Source: Fidelibacterota bacterium
GTDB lineage: Bacteria; Fidelibacterota; Marinisomatia; Marinisomatales; S15-B10
Assembly: GCA_046861655.1 (NCBI GenBank)
Contig: JBHIAI010000001.1
Location: 43,027-107,026 of the forward strand
DNA length: 64,000 nt
Reading direction: 5' to 3'
In this document: positions 19,623-29,136 of the stretch, piece after piece
How the letters are laid out: every line of letters begins with the position of its first letter
Position numbering within the stretch: the stretch's first letter is position 1
Notes under the pieces: model-generated
What the model was told of the DNA's origin: nothing
What the model saw: only the letters and a program-made list of their open reading frames with translations
Databases searched by the model: none
Program-made: the position numbers and the translations under genes

Positions 19623-20200
19623 TATTCAGGGTAGCCGTCGATGATTTCCTTTCGGCGGAAGCAGTCCATGGTATGGTCGTTCACCATGCCAGTCGCCTGC
19701 ATATGAGCATAGCAAATGGTGGAGCCCACGAACTTGAATCCACGCCGGCGAAGGTCTTCACTCAGGGCGTCAGACTCAGGGCTGGTTGCCCGGTAATCCT
19801 TCAACGTTCTGATTTCATTCACCATAGGTTTACCATTCACAAAACGCCAGATGTAGGCATCGAAGCTGCCAAATTCCTCCTGAACCTCGAGAAACTGTGT
19901 GGCGTTATGGATCGCGGCCGCCACTTTCAGGCGGTTGCGGATGATGCCGGGATTGTTCAGGAGCGAGTCAACCTTTGTCTGATCATAGCGGGCAACTTTT
20001 TGGGGATCAAACTGATCGAAGGCCTGTCGGTAGGTCTCCCGCTTTCGGAGCACCGTGTACCAGCTTAAGCCCGCCTGGGCCCCTTCCAGGGTAAGGAACT
20101 CGAAGATAAGTCGATCGTCGTGGACCGGGACCCCCCACTCGTTGTCGTGATAGTCGACGTAGTCTTGTTTGTCAGGATCGACCCAGGGACATCTCACCAT
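19622..20200 (-). CDS. tag: DNA-3-methyladenine glycosylase I
   Basis: YHDNEWG, LEGAQAGLSW, IIRNRLK, GMVNDH. Confidence 0.95.
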   Translation of the reverse strand: MVRCPWVDPDKQDYVDYHDNEWGVPVHDDRLIFEFLTLEGAQAGLSWYTVLRKRETYRQAFDQFDPQKVARYDQTKVDSLLNNPGIIRNRLKVAAAIHNATQFLEVQEEFGSFDAYIWRFVNGKPMVNEIRTLKDYRATSPESDALSEDLRRRGFKFVGSTICYAHMQATGMVNDHTMDCFRRKEIIDGYPE

Positions 20201-20353
20201 ACCACCTAAGTTTAGTGAAAAAAGCCCACCCTCGCAGGACTTTCTGCGTAAATTCCGGCGGCTGTGGTGGGACGGTAGCGAGCGAATCCCGCAAGTGTGC
20301 TGAAGAATCTACGGCAGGGATACCGACGAGTACAGTCAGGGGAGAACCAGAAG

Positions 20354-20992
20354 ATGAGCTGTTGTCAGTGTCAGGGTATTGAGACCTTTTTCAGTGATAA
20401 GATGGCCGCCCGGGAACTCAAGCGTTACCGGAAAAAGGGACCTTCCAAAACTACCCGGATGCTCATCGAGGCCCTTACCACGGAAGGGGTAGATGGGAAG
20501 ACGCTCCTTGACATCGGTGGAGGCGTGGGGGCCATACAGCATGAACTGATGACATCGGGGGTGTCCAAGGTCACGAACGTGGATGCGTCGGAGGCCTACA
20601 TTCAGGCTGCCAGTGAGGAGGCCCAGCGGCGAGGTCTCGCCGATCGTGTAACCTATCATCACGGAGATTTCGTGGACCTGGCCGCTCAGATGGAGAAAGC
20701 CGATCTGGTAACGTTGGACCGGGTAATCTGTTGTTACGATGATATGGAGACGCTAGTGGGTTTGTCGGCTGACCGGGCCCGGTGGCTGTACGCCCTGGTG
20801 TATCCCCGGGATCGCTGGCTGATGAAGAGTGCTCGTCCCGTAGCCAATCTGTTCTTCCGGATCAGGGGGAATCCGTTTCGCATATTCGTCCATCCCACCG
20901 AGGCGGTGGACGCCCGGGTTCGCAGCCGGGGCCTCCATCCCCATGTTTACCGCAAGACGTTTCTCTGGCAGGTCGTGGTCTACGTCCGCTGA
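20354..20992 (+). CDS. Class I SAM-dependent methyltransferase (BchM-like)
   Basis: LLDIGGGVG motif I; LDRVICCY. Confidence 0.82.
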   Translation: MSCCQCQGIETFFSDKMAARELKRYRKKGPSKTTRMLIEALTTEGVDGKTLLDIGGGVGAIQHELMTSGVSKVTNVDASEAYIQAASEEAQRRGLADRVTYHHGDFVDLAAQMEKADLVTLDRVICCYDDMETLVGLSADRARWLYALVYPRDRWLMKSARPVANLFFRIRGNPFRIFVHPTEAVDARVRSRGLHPHVYRKTFLWQVVVYVR

Positions 20993-21024
20993 GGGGGTTT
21001 TTCTAGAAGGGTCTTCTTTTCCCG

Positions 21025-21651
21025 CTAGTCCGTCTGTTTCTTCCTGGCGTAGTATCGCCGGACTTTGTCCCGGTTTCCGCAGTCCTTCATATCGCACCAT
21101 CGGCGTGACCGGTTTCGGCTCATGTCGAAAAAGAGCCACCCGCACCCCCGGTCGTCCGCGCACTCTCCCACCCTGTCGATCTTCCCGGAGGTAAGCAAGT
21201 CTGCGGCGGAATGGGCTATGGGCCACAATATGCGGTCAAGTCCAGTCCCTTCGTCAAACCACCTCCAGTCCAGGCCGCCCTTGGTTTGAGTGAGTCTCAG
21301 GTGGGGCAGGGCTTCCGATAGGGAAGCATTCAGAATGTTCAGGTCAGATTTTTCTGGTTCGCCACCAGCCGCGATTCTGGAGAACATGCGGTACATAGCC
21401 TCCCGCAGGGAAATGGCTTTTTCATAAACTTTCTTTGCCGTTGAAGGCCGTTTTTTCGCCTGCTGTAGAAGTCCTACCACCTCTTGATCTTCCAGAATAC
21501 CAACATCCCTGGCCCATGACACCAGATCCTCGTAGGTTTGAACGTGCTCCTCTGGATGGTCACTGCTGTGCCATTCCAGGGTGTTGGCGAAGTCCAGACA
21601 AATCCAGCTTTCCTGCGGAGAAAGGGATTCCTGATCGTTGGGGGCTCTCAT
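21025..21651 (-). CDS. ABATE / CGNR zinc-finger protein
   Basis: LDFANT; C..DRGCGWLFFDMSRNRSRRWCDMKDCGNR. Confidence 0.92.
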   Translation of the reverse strand: MRAPNDQESLSPQESWICLDFANTLEWHSSDHPEEHVQTYEDLVSWARDVGILEDQEVVGLLQQAKKRPSTAKKVYEKAISLREAMYRMFSRIAAGGEPEKSDLNILNASLSEALPHLRLTQTKGGLDWRWFDEGTGLDRILWPIAHSAADLLTSGKIDRVGECADDRGCGWLFFDMSRNRSRRWCDMKDCGNRDKVRRYYARKKQTD

Positions 21652-21691
21652 TGGGGTCGAGAGATTCCTTTTTCTTTCGAGGCGTTGCGTG

Positions 21692-21719
21692 TAACCATCA
21701 AAAAGTACTTGACAGGTTA
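21692..21719. promoter_or_regulatory. Inverted-repeat operator candidate between divergent CGNR and arginase genes
   Basis: TAACCATCAA-N7-TTGACAGGTTA, overlapping a TTGACA -35. Confidence 0.5.
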
Positions 21720-21866
21720 TATTCTTCTTTCATACATTCACACCAACAAGATGAATTTAGATAGTTATAGAAGCAGAGTCAAGGATATTCGGGATGTTCC
21801 TGAATCATCAGCCGTTTTCCCAGGTTGGATCAGGTCATCCAAGGGAATGAGACGGGACCCCGGCAA

Positions 21867-22775
21867 GTGAGAAGAATCGGACTTCTTGGCGTTCCCTCTA
21901 GTGCCGGGGCAAGACAGAAAGGACAGGAAAAGGGACCTCGGGCGCTCCGCAAGGCGTCGCTGCTTGAGAAGATGGGTACAACCGGATTGGACATCCATGA
22001 CTTTGGCGATCTGCCGGAGGTGTCCTACCGGCCCGATAGCGTGAATCCCAGGGGTCAGAATCTGGACCTGGTGGTATCGGTCGCGAAGAGCGTCTCAGAT
22101 AGGGTCAACGGGATAGTAAAAGAAGGTTTTTTCCCGGTGGTCATGGGAGGGGACTGCACCATCACCCTGGGAGTCCTGGATGGGGTAATCCCGAATAAGC
22201 CCGGCCTGGGCCTGATCTACTTTGATGGGGATGTTGATATAAACACGCCGGATACCACGGTGTCCGGGATTTTCGATGGCATGGGTCTTGCGCATATCAT
22301 CGGGAAAGGAACGGAGCCACTTACCCACTTGGGTACCCGGTATCCCCTCATGCCGGAAAAGAACGTACTACTTTTCGGCTACAATGAGGAGGCTGGGTTG
22401 ATGGACGCCTGGGAAAAGGAAACGTTGTCCACCTGTCAAATGATGGAGTACCCTGTGGAAAAAATTAGAGGTAAGCCCAGAGAGTCCGCCGGACGCGCGG
22501 CAGGTGAACTGGCAAGCAAGGTCGATTCCATTCTCCTTCATTTCGATGTAGATGTAATCGATGATGACGACTTTCCGGTGGCGGATGTCCCTCACCCTGG
22601 GGGCCTAACATTCGACGAAGCGATGGAGGCACTTTCTGTGTTCCTATCTTACCAGGAAGTTACGGGTCTGGTTATCACGGAATTCAACGCCAACCGGGAT
22701 GTTCAAGGTTTTCAAGCGGGCAGACTCGTGGAAGCGGTGGTCAATGCATTCGGAACGGGGACCGGGAACCTTTGA
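21867..22775 (+). CDS. Arginase family ureohydrolase
   Basis: GGDCTIT, YFDGDVD, LHFDVDV, PGGL, TEFN; start uncertain (21825 or 21867). Confidence 0.85.
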   Translation: MRRIGLLGVPSSAGARQKGQEKGPRALRKASLLEKMGTTGLDIHDFGDLPEVSYRPDSVNPRGQNLDLVVSVAKSVSDRVNGIVKEGFFPVVMGGDCTITLGVLDGVIPNKPGLGLIYFDGDVDINTPDTTVSGIFDGMGLAHIIGKGTEPLTHLGTRYPLMPEKNVLLFGYNEEAGLMDAWEKETLSTCQMMEYPVEKIRGKPRESAGRAAGELASKVDSILLHFDVDVIDDDDFPVADVPHPGGLTFDEAMEALSVFLSYQEVTGLVITEFNANRDVQGFQAGRLVEAVVNAFGTGTGNL

Positions 22776-22822
22776 CAACCAGATTTGTTTCTAGCTGTCC
22801 AATCGTTTAGGAAGGAGCTAAG

Positions 22823-22924
22823 ATGAAACAGATGAGAGTCAAATCAAGACAGGCCGGGGCCGACTGGAGGATCTTCCTTTTCCTCATAGTCGTGGAACTC
22901 AGTCCGTTCTTCTTGTTGGTGTAA
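22823..22924 (+). CDS. Putative 33-aa membrane peptide
   Basis: AAGGAG RBS; MKQMRVKSRQAGADWRIFLFLIVVELSPFFLLV. Confidence 0.3.
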   Translation: MKQMRVKSRQAGADWRIFLFLIVVELSPFFLLV

Positions 22925-23089
22925 AATGTCTGAAAGCAAAGGTTGAAGATCCGCCACTTTTGGGAAAGGATCGACTGGAGTATTTTCTTTCTAACTGGCA
23001 TCATACCGCAGTACTTGCCGGAACTGTCCCGGCGGCGTTACATGACAGAAGCCCGCCCGTTATGAAAACTTCTGAGGGGTATCTTTTTG

Positions 23090-25408
23090 TTAGTTCTTGC
23101 GAGTCAACAACTTGGCCACTACCTCGCGATCGGAGGTGGGTAGCTCACAGGCATAATTCTCACAGATGTACGCCGTCGCTTTTCCATCGAGCATTTCCAC
23201 GGTTTCAATAAAGGGAACATACGAGGCCAGTGTTTCCCTGGCCTTGCCGTCGTCCACAAGCAGAATAATCTTATTCGGAATAAAGTGGGAATGGACCTCT
23301 TTCAACAGCCCTTTCGTGTCGGGGTTATTGGCCTTGCCGGCGATGATGATCTGCTTCGGCTTTGACAGACTGAAATCGAGGGCCACGAGGAATTGTGGTA
23401 GTCCTTGGGGGGTGCTCAGTATCCTGCTCCCGAAATAGCGCAGGGATTGATCGGCCAGAGTCGCCCATTCCTGATTGTCTGTCATCTGAGACAGCCGCAG
23501 AAGGTTTAAGATGGCGATGGAGTTCCCCGTGGGTTCAGCGCCATCGTACCATTCCTTGGTGCGGATAAGGATGGATTCATCCGCCCCTGAAATGTCGTAG
23601 AACCCACCCTGATCCCTGTCATAAAACAGCTTATTCTGCTGTTCCGTAAGGTCCATAGCAGTTTGAAGCCAGCGGATGTCAAGGGAAGCTTCATACAGGT
23701 CCAGCAATCCCTGGGTAAAGAACGCATAATCCTCCAGATGGGCGTCGTATCTTGACTCCCCGTCGCGATATCGCCGGAGCAGCTTTTTGCCTTTCCTGTC
23801 GTACAGGTTGTCCAGGATAAACTGGGCGGACCGTTCGGCGGCGTTACGGTATCTTTCGTTGTCCAAAACCTGATACGCCCGGGCGAATGCGGAAATCATC
23901 AGTCCATTCCAGGAAACCAGTATCTTATCATCAAGGTGAGGTTTCGGTCGGGTTTCTCGCACCCGAAAAAGCGTTTCCCGGGCACGGGTCAGGATCGATT
24001 CCACATCGTCTACCGATAGGTCGAATTTTCTGGCTGTTTCTAGAGGTTCATGGGCTCTGAAGAGGATGTTCTCCCCTACGAACTCTTCGTGAGGATCGGA
24101 TTCCGCATTGCCCTTTTCTGTTACCCCATAATGGTAGGCGAACACCTCTGCTTGCGGCGGTAACAAAACCCCGTCAATTTCACTCTTCTTCCAGGTATAA
24201 AAAGCACCTTCTTCCTTTTCGTCCGGTTTTGTGGGGTCCACTGCGCTTTCCGCATCTTCCGCTGAATAGAATCCTCCGTCCGGGTGGGTCATGTTTCCTA
24301 AGACATAGGACAGGACATCGTGAACCACGTGGGCGTAGTATGGATCGTGGGTGATCTGGTGGGCTTCCAGGAAAGAAATGACCAGCTGGGCCTGGTCGTA
24401 GAGCATTTTTTCAAAATGGGGAACGCGCCAGCGGGCGTCAGTGGCATAGCGGTGGAAACCACCTCCCATATGATCGTACATGCCCCCGCGGGCCATTTGT
24501 TTCAGGGTCTCCAGCGACATATTCAAGGCTCTTTCATCGCCCGTTCGACTGTAGTATCGCAGCAAGAAGTTGAACGCCGCCGGCCTGGGGAACTTGGGCG
24601 CACTTCCGAATCCCGCAAACTGCGAATCATAGCTTTCCGAGAATGAGTTGAATCCGCGCTCTAATGCGGTGATACCCGCGTCGGTCGCCTCCACTTGCGG
24701 ATCGGCTACGTTGCTGAGATAATCAGCCATCTTCCGGCTGTTGGCTAGAATATCCTGGCGCTGATTTACCCAGGCCTCGTGAATGGCGGTGAGGATCGTG
24801 GGAAAGCCCGGACGGCCGTACCGGGGCTCAGGGGGGATGTAGGTGGCACCGTAAAAAGGCTGAAGATCGGGAGTCAGAAACATGGACATAGGCCACCCAC
24901 CGCTTCCCGTCATGGCCTGCAGTGCTGTCATGTACACCCGGTCTACATCGGGTCTTTCTTCGCGGTCCACTTTGATGCTCACCACGTAGCGGTTCATCAA
25001 GGCCGCAATGGAATCGTCCTCGAAAACCTCCCTTTCCATGACGTGGCACCAGTAACAGGTGGAATAACCTATCGATAGAAAGATGGGCTTGTCCTCTCTT
25101 CGAGCTTTCTCAAAAGCTTCTTCGCCCCACGGATACCAATCCACGGGATTGAACGCGTGCTGGAGTAGATACGGACTTTTCTCGTTGAGGAGGCGATTCG
25201 GCTTTTCGCCCTCGGCCAGCTTTCTGGCCACAAGCTCGCGGGCGGTGTTGGCTTTGATGGTTGTGTCTCGAACCGGGTGCTGGGTTGGGGCGACCTGCGA
25301 GGTTCCGGATTCCGTCACGGATCCCGTGGTAAGAGACGGGTCGTTCTTTTTCACGGTCATGGATACTTTCGTGATGACGAGTGCGATGACAGTCAGCAGA
25401 ACAGCCAA
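23090..25408 (-). CDS. Thioredoxin-domain protein (YyaL/SPATA20 family)
   Basis: [38 protein letters not shown]; start uncertain. Confidence 0.92.
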   Translation of the reverse strand: MAVLLTVIALVITKVSMTVKKNDPSLTTGSVTESGTSQVAPTQHPVRDTTIKANTARELVARKLAEGEKPNRLLNEKSPYLLQHAFNPVDWYPWGEEAFEKARREDKPIFLSIGYSTCYWCHVMEREVFEDDSIAALMNRYVVSIKVDREERPDVDRVYMTALQAMTGSGGWPMSMFLTPDLQPFYGATYIPPEPRYGRPGFPTILTAIHEAWVNQRQDILANSRKMADYLSNVADPQVEATDAGITALERGFNSFSESYDSQFAGFGSAPKFPRPAAFNFLLRYYSRTGDERALNMSLETLKQMARGGMYDHMGGGFHRYATDARWRVPHFEKMLYDQAQLVISFLEAHQITHDPYYAHVVHDVLSYVLGNMTHPDGGFYSAEDAESAVDPTKPDEKEEGAFYTWKKSEIDGVLLPPQAEVFAYHYGVTEKGNAESDPHEEFVGENILFRAHEPLETARKFDLSVDDVESILTRARETLFRVRETRPKPHLDDKILVSWNGLMISAFARAYQVLDNERYRNAAERSAQFILDNLYDRKGKKLLRRYRDGESRYDAHLEDYAFFTQGLLDLYEASLDIRWLQTAMDLTEQQNKLFYDRDQGGFYDISGADESILIRTKEWYDGAEPTGNSIAILNLLRLSQMTDNQEWATLADQSLRYFGSRILSTPQGLPQFLVALDFSLSKPKQIIIAGKANNPDTKGLLKEVHSHFIPNKIILLVDDGKARETLASYVPFIETVEMLDGKATAYICENYACELPTSDREVVAKLLTRKN

Positions 25409-25777
25409 AAGGCGAACCCCAGGGATTGGAAGACGTGCTTTGATGGGATATTCAGAAAAGGGAGTTAATGGCGGCCGCTTCCCCCCGCCCCTCTTGTCAT
25501 GGACAGTTCCTTACTGATTGTTCTCAGAATCACGGTCTTTCTCACCGTTGCCCCCCGTCCTTATACGGGCATAGTTATGATTTCTAAACCAATTCTGCAA
25601 GTTCGTTTTGCTGGTCTGAAACTGGGCGAAAGACCAGATCCGGTTCTTCCCAGGCAATGACGCAACACTTTCTTATCCGCCCGAAAAAATGGCGGTGCGT
25701 CTCTTAACTGGATTCCCCTGAGGAAGGATTTGAAGGGCCGAAGACCCTAGGCGGAGAGGGTCATTCGACGGAAACGA

Positions 25778-25936
25778 TCACGAAAAGGCTGTGTCCCTGC
25801 GTTCGGTTCTGTCTGTTTGTTTCTTCCGTTCCGGTTGGCTTCTTTTTGGCCTCTTTCTCTTGCTGCGCTCAAACCGTTCCCGGATCTCCCGCCTCTTCTC
25901 ATCGGTCAGCCAGTGCTCACCAGACGGTCCGCTCAT
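25778..25936 (-). CDS. Small highly basic protein (52 aa), not in ORF track
   Basis: GAGGGG RBS then ATG; MSGPSGEHWLTDEKRREIRERFERSKRKRPKRSQPERKKQTDRTERRDTAFS. Confidence 0.45.
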   Translation of the reverse strand: MSGPSGEHWLTDEKRREIRERFERSKRKRPKRSQPERKKQTDRTERRDTAFS

Positions 25937-25949
25937 TCGGCAACCCCTC

Positions 25950-26402
25950 TTTCCTCAGCACCAGGCCGGCCGGTACCGGGCGACAAAAGCGCCTCCTGGC
26001 GGAGCCCTTGTGAGCCCACGTCATCCGGCGCTGGGTTTCCAGATAAGAGGTTTGAACCGGTGGAAGTAACGTTTGGGTATAGGAGAAAGCCTGTGGAGTA
26101 GAGGGGAAAGGCCCGTATAAGACCAATCCCCCCTGAAGTTCTTGGGTGATTGCGCGAACAAGCACTCCAAGGCATCCAAACGGACGCTTCAGGGGGGAAT
26201 TCCTTCCCGCCCAAGCGGGTTCCAGTTTGGATGCCTGAAAGTGCCGGTCTTCTCATCATCGGGAATGCTCGTTCGCGCACCTGCAATTTAGTCTACGGGT
26301 GTGTTCTTTTCAACATCTGGTCCGCTCACAAACAGTCTGGCTCACCCAGTCTGTGTCTGTCTGTGCTCGGATGAGCTCCTGGTCCTGTTTGTTCCATACA
26401 AA
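25950..26402 (-). ncRNA. Unidentified multi-domain structured RNA or leader
   Basis: Several nested stems whose mismatches are G-U only on the minus strand; lies downstream of a near-consensus promoter. Confidence 0.6.
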
Positions 26403-26408
26403 GTTCCA

Positions 26409-26437
26409 AATCTAACACTCAATCTACCGTTTGTCAA
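26409..26437 (-). promoter_or_regulatory. Near-consensus sigma70 promoter divergent from the S24 regulator
   Basis: Minus strand TTGACA-17-TAGATT with TGn extended -10; the -35 sits in the palindrome CCGTT-N4-AACGG. Confidence 0.75.
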
Positions 26438-26494
26438 CGGAATCCTGGTATATGGTACATAGTATTGAACATCATCCCCGCCTATATTTTGAAT

Positions 26495-27202
26495 ATGAAG
26501 AGAGTAACGGAGGCAGTTAGGGAGCTTTTGAGAACGCCCGAAGCGAGGTCATGGAATCAGGATCTCCTGGCGAAAAGAATTGGGGTTAGAAGAAACACGT
26601 TGTGGCGGTGGAGGCTGGGAAAGGGAAAGCCCCATGAGGGCAACTTGATCAGCCTGGCAGAGGTATTCAAGAAAGACATCATTTGGAACGATCAGCATAC
26701 GGAGATTGAGTTTGTTGAACGGACAGTAAGACAGGGAGAGGAGCTCCCCCCGTCCGTAGTGGATCGGTCACCGGGTGCCGCATGGGAGCGCCCCGATCTG
26801 GCGCCTCCGGGACTCCCCGTGGTAGCATGGGTAGCCGGGAGAGCTGAGGGTTTCTTCTCTGAAGATGGATATCCGGTGGGGAGGGGTGATGAGGAGGTCG
26901 CCAGACCCTACGATCTCGAGGATATGACGGCTTACGGCCTGAGAGTACCCGTAAAGAGGGGAGAGGCCCCGGAGCCCTTTCTGAGGCCGGGAGATAGGGT
27001 GATCTGTTCCCCGGCGGCGACCGTAAGGAACCGGGACATGGTGGTGGTCCGGATAAAAGATCAAGCCATTATCCTCAGGGAAATCCAGTTCGAAGGCGAC
27101 AGGATTAGACTTGTCAGCTACAATCCGGAATATGAAGACCTGGAATTGGACAAAGATGAATTAAAGTGGGTTCACAAGGTGGTCCATATCAAGAAGAAAT
27201 GA
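26495..27202 (+). CDS. XRE-HTH / peptidase S24-like (CI/LexA-type) regulator
   Basis: HTH QDLLAKRIGVRRNTLWRW; PVVAWVAG; AYGLRV..PGDRV; LVSYNPEY. Confidence 0.85.
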   Translation: MKRVTEAVRELLRTPEARSWNQDLLAKRIGVRRNTLWRWRLGKGKPHEGNLISLAEVFKKDIIWNDQHTEIEFVERTVRQGEELPPSVVDRSPGAAWERPDLAPPGLPVVAWVAGRAEGFFSEDGYPVGRGDEEVARPYDLEDMTAYGLRVPVKRGEAPEPFLRPGDRVICSPAATVRNRDMVVVRIKDQAIILREIQFEGDRIRLVSYNPEYEDLELDKDELKWVHKVVHIKKK

Positions 27203-27590
27203 GGGGGGCGAAGGCCGTTTTCGGAGGCAGATTGTACGGTTGGTCGCCAGCCTGATTCCGGATAGGGTACCGGAAGCGCCTACCACGATTGCGAGAGTGA
27301 AGGAAACGAACCCTGCCAGATGAATCGGAGGGAGGGTGTTCCAGTCAGCAACTTTCCTGACCGACCAGAAGATCACTGCCAGGCCAATGGCAGAAACCCC
27401 GAACTAGCGGAGGTTGAGGGTACCCGCCGCATCGGTTTCGGCTCCGAATGGGGACATGAAAACCGCAGGTGTGGTTTGGGCAGACAATACCGGTCTGTCC
27501 CGCGGCAGCGACGTACAGTCTTTTGTTGTTATGGTCGCGTTATAGGTGGCGTGCATACGAAAGGGTATGAAAGGGGAGTTTCTGGGGACT

Positions 27591-27800
27591 CTAGGATTCC
27601 TTCCGGGTAGACAGACCGAAAAGAGCGTACAGAGGGCAGAAGCTGACAATGCTGGTTACCAGGAACACTACAGCCAAAATACCCAGGATAATCGTCAGTA
27701 GTCCTGAAATGACCCCTGTGAAGTAAAGGGCCGCGACTAGGAGTACGAAGCCAAACCGGATTACGCGGTCAAGAGTCGACATATTCAGGTTCAATTTCAC
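27591..27800 (-). CDS. DUF2892/YgaP-like membrane protein
   Basis: NMSTLDRVIR...FCPLYALFGLST; AAGGAGG RBS before GTG. Confidence 0.88.
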   Translation of the reverse strand: MKLNLNMSTLDRVIRFGFVLLVAALYFTGVISGLLTIILGILAVVFLVTSIVSFCPLYALFGLSTRKES

Positions 27801-27956
27801 CCTACACCTCCTTGCATCGGGTTTATGCCCATTGTTGAATAAGAATCGCAAGAAGTGTAACGAGCCCAACACAAACGAGGCAGACCAGCGCAAACTTGAT
27901 GACCTTTGTTCGAGGGGTGTCCACCGGGCTCGCCTGCTCTTGCGCCTTCGTTACCC

Positions 27957-27986
27957 TTTAGACGCAAAGAGGTCCACAAGGTTACA
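27957..27986 (-). promoter_or_regulatory. ECF sigma promoter (copy upstream of DUF2892 gene)
   Basis: TGTAACCTT-N13-CGTCTAAA, same boxes and spacing as the copy at 28859-28888. Confidence 0.75.
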
Positions 27987-28002
27987 TGGAGCGGGACAGA
28001 TT

Positions 28003-28248
28003 CTAGACTTTCTTATCCCTTTCCAGGAACACCTGCTGTAATCGCTCATACAACCCTTGGCGGCGTCCGGCCGGGATTCTGCGCTCCCCCTGCTTACGAA
28101 AGAGCGATATGGTCCGCTGAGTAGTGTCCAGAACAACCCGGCAGTTTTGACAGGTGGCCAGGTGTTCCCGGGCTTCGGCGGTTAGTTCCTCATCCAGGTT
28201 GTGATCCATATAGTCTGACAGATACTGTATTAGGTCATCACATTCCAT
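28003..28248 (-). CDS. Zinc-finger (zf-HC2) anti-sigma factor
   Basis: HLATCQNC (HxxxCxxC); directly downstream of an ECF sigma. Confidence 0.88.
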   Translation of the reverse strand: MECDDLIQYLSDYMDHNLDEELTAEAREHLATCQNCRVVLDTTQRTISLFRKQGERRIPAGRRQGLYERLQQVFLERDKKV

Positions 28249-28264
28249 ATTAGGCCTCCAAAAC

Positions 28265-28843
28265 TCACACCATTTCGGCAAAATACGCGGCTAAGTGTTC
28301 ACGCAACAGAAGGCGGGCGCGATGCAAACGCACTTTCACCGCTCCAGGCGTAATGTTCAATATCTCCGCTGTCTCCCCAGTCGAAAGTTCCTCAATATCC
28401 CGAAGGATAAAGACCGTTCGCAGGGGTACCGGCAAGCCCGTAATGGCCTTGTCGAGTTGGGATTGTGTTTCGGATCTGTCCAGGAGCAATTCAGGAGCAG
28501 TACTCCAGTCGACGAATATGGCGGGTACGGTCAACACCCCGTCCTGTTTTGTCCCGGCCTCGCTAAGGTGGACAATAGGCTTCCGGTGCCGCAGTCTATC
28601 CACACTAAGGTTGTGGACGACGCGGTACAGCCATGTGCCTACCCGGGAAAGTCCTTTGAACTGATCCAATTTTTCGAAAAATCGAAGAAAGGCATCTTGT
28701 GCCACGTCTTCCGCCTCTTGCTCATCGCCCAAAATACCGAGGGCCAGACGGAACATTCGGTCGGAGTACATTTCGAACAGCTGGCGGAAGGCCTCCGCTG
28801 AACCGGCCCGCAGTGATGACAGCATCAATTCGTCATCGGCCAT
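28265..28843 (-). CDS. ECF sigma-70 factor
   Basis: AEDVAQDAF, TWLYRVVHN, GAVKVRLHRAR. Confidence 0.93.
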   Translation of the reverse strand: MADDELMLSSLRAGSAEAFRQLFEMYSDRMFRLALGILGDEQEAEDVAQDAFLRFFEKLDQFKGLSRVGTWLYRVVHNLSVDRLRHRKPIVHLSEAGTKQDGVLTVPAIFVDWSTAPELLLDRSETQSQLDKAITGLPVPLRTVFILRDIEELSTGETAEILNITPGAVKVRLHRARLLLREHLAAYFAEMV

Positions 28844-28858
28844 CAGAAACTCCAGCCG

Positions 28859-28888
28859 TTTAGACGAAGGGAGATCCGGAAGGTTACA
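28859..28888 (-). promoter_or_regulatory. ECF sigma promoter (autoregulatory copy)
   Basis: TGTAACCTT-N13-CGTCTAAA just upstream of the sigma gene. Confidence 0.75.
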
Positions 28889-29136
28889 ATCGCGCTTCTC
28901 ATCCGATCATGGACCCCAGGCCACCAAGCTTGAAATCATACCGCTCCAGTCTCGCCTGTATGGTAACAAGTCATCCCAACTTGGACTATCCGTCCGCAAG
29001 GGAAAATACACGGTTATCTGTAGTAATACATGGGACTTTATCTATGTCTTGCCGATAAATAGGTCAGGCCAAGTTGTTTTGTATCCTGTGAAGTCAGGTA
29101 CCGGTCCGGGTCATGAACCATCTGATCGGTACCCCG

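Noticed and set aside
25791..26374. ORF-track calls over the structured RNA region
   Set aside because: Mutually overlapping, no clear RBS and no protein-like motifs
26281..26393. RNA acting as a guide for the dnaE2 junctions (AACAAACAGG shared with 42798-42807; TAGTCT and CTGCAA shared with 33914-33923)
   Set aside because: Matches are only 6-10 nt, partly permuted and found post hoc; compatible with chance
25550..26402. RNase P, tmRNA, SRP, hammerhead or retron identity for the structured RNA
   Set aside because: No GAGGAAAGTCC, tRNA-like ends, tag ORF or CUGAnGA/GAAA core seen, and no reverse transcriptase in the window; 6S cannot be excluded without a scan
27161..27403. Hydrophobic minus-strand fragment after the S24 gene
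   Set aside because: Preceded by an in-frame stop and not assignable; at most a gene relic
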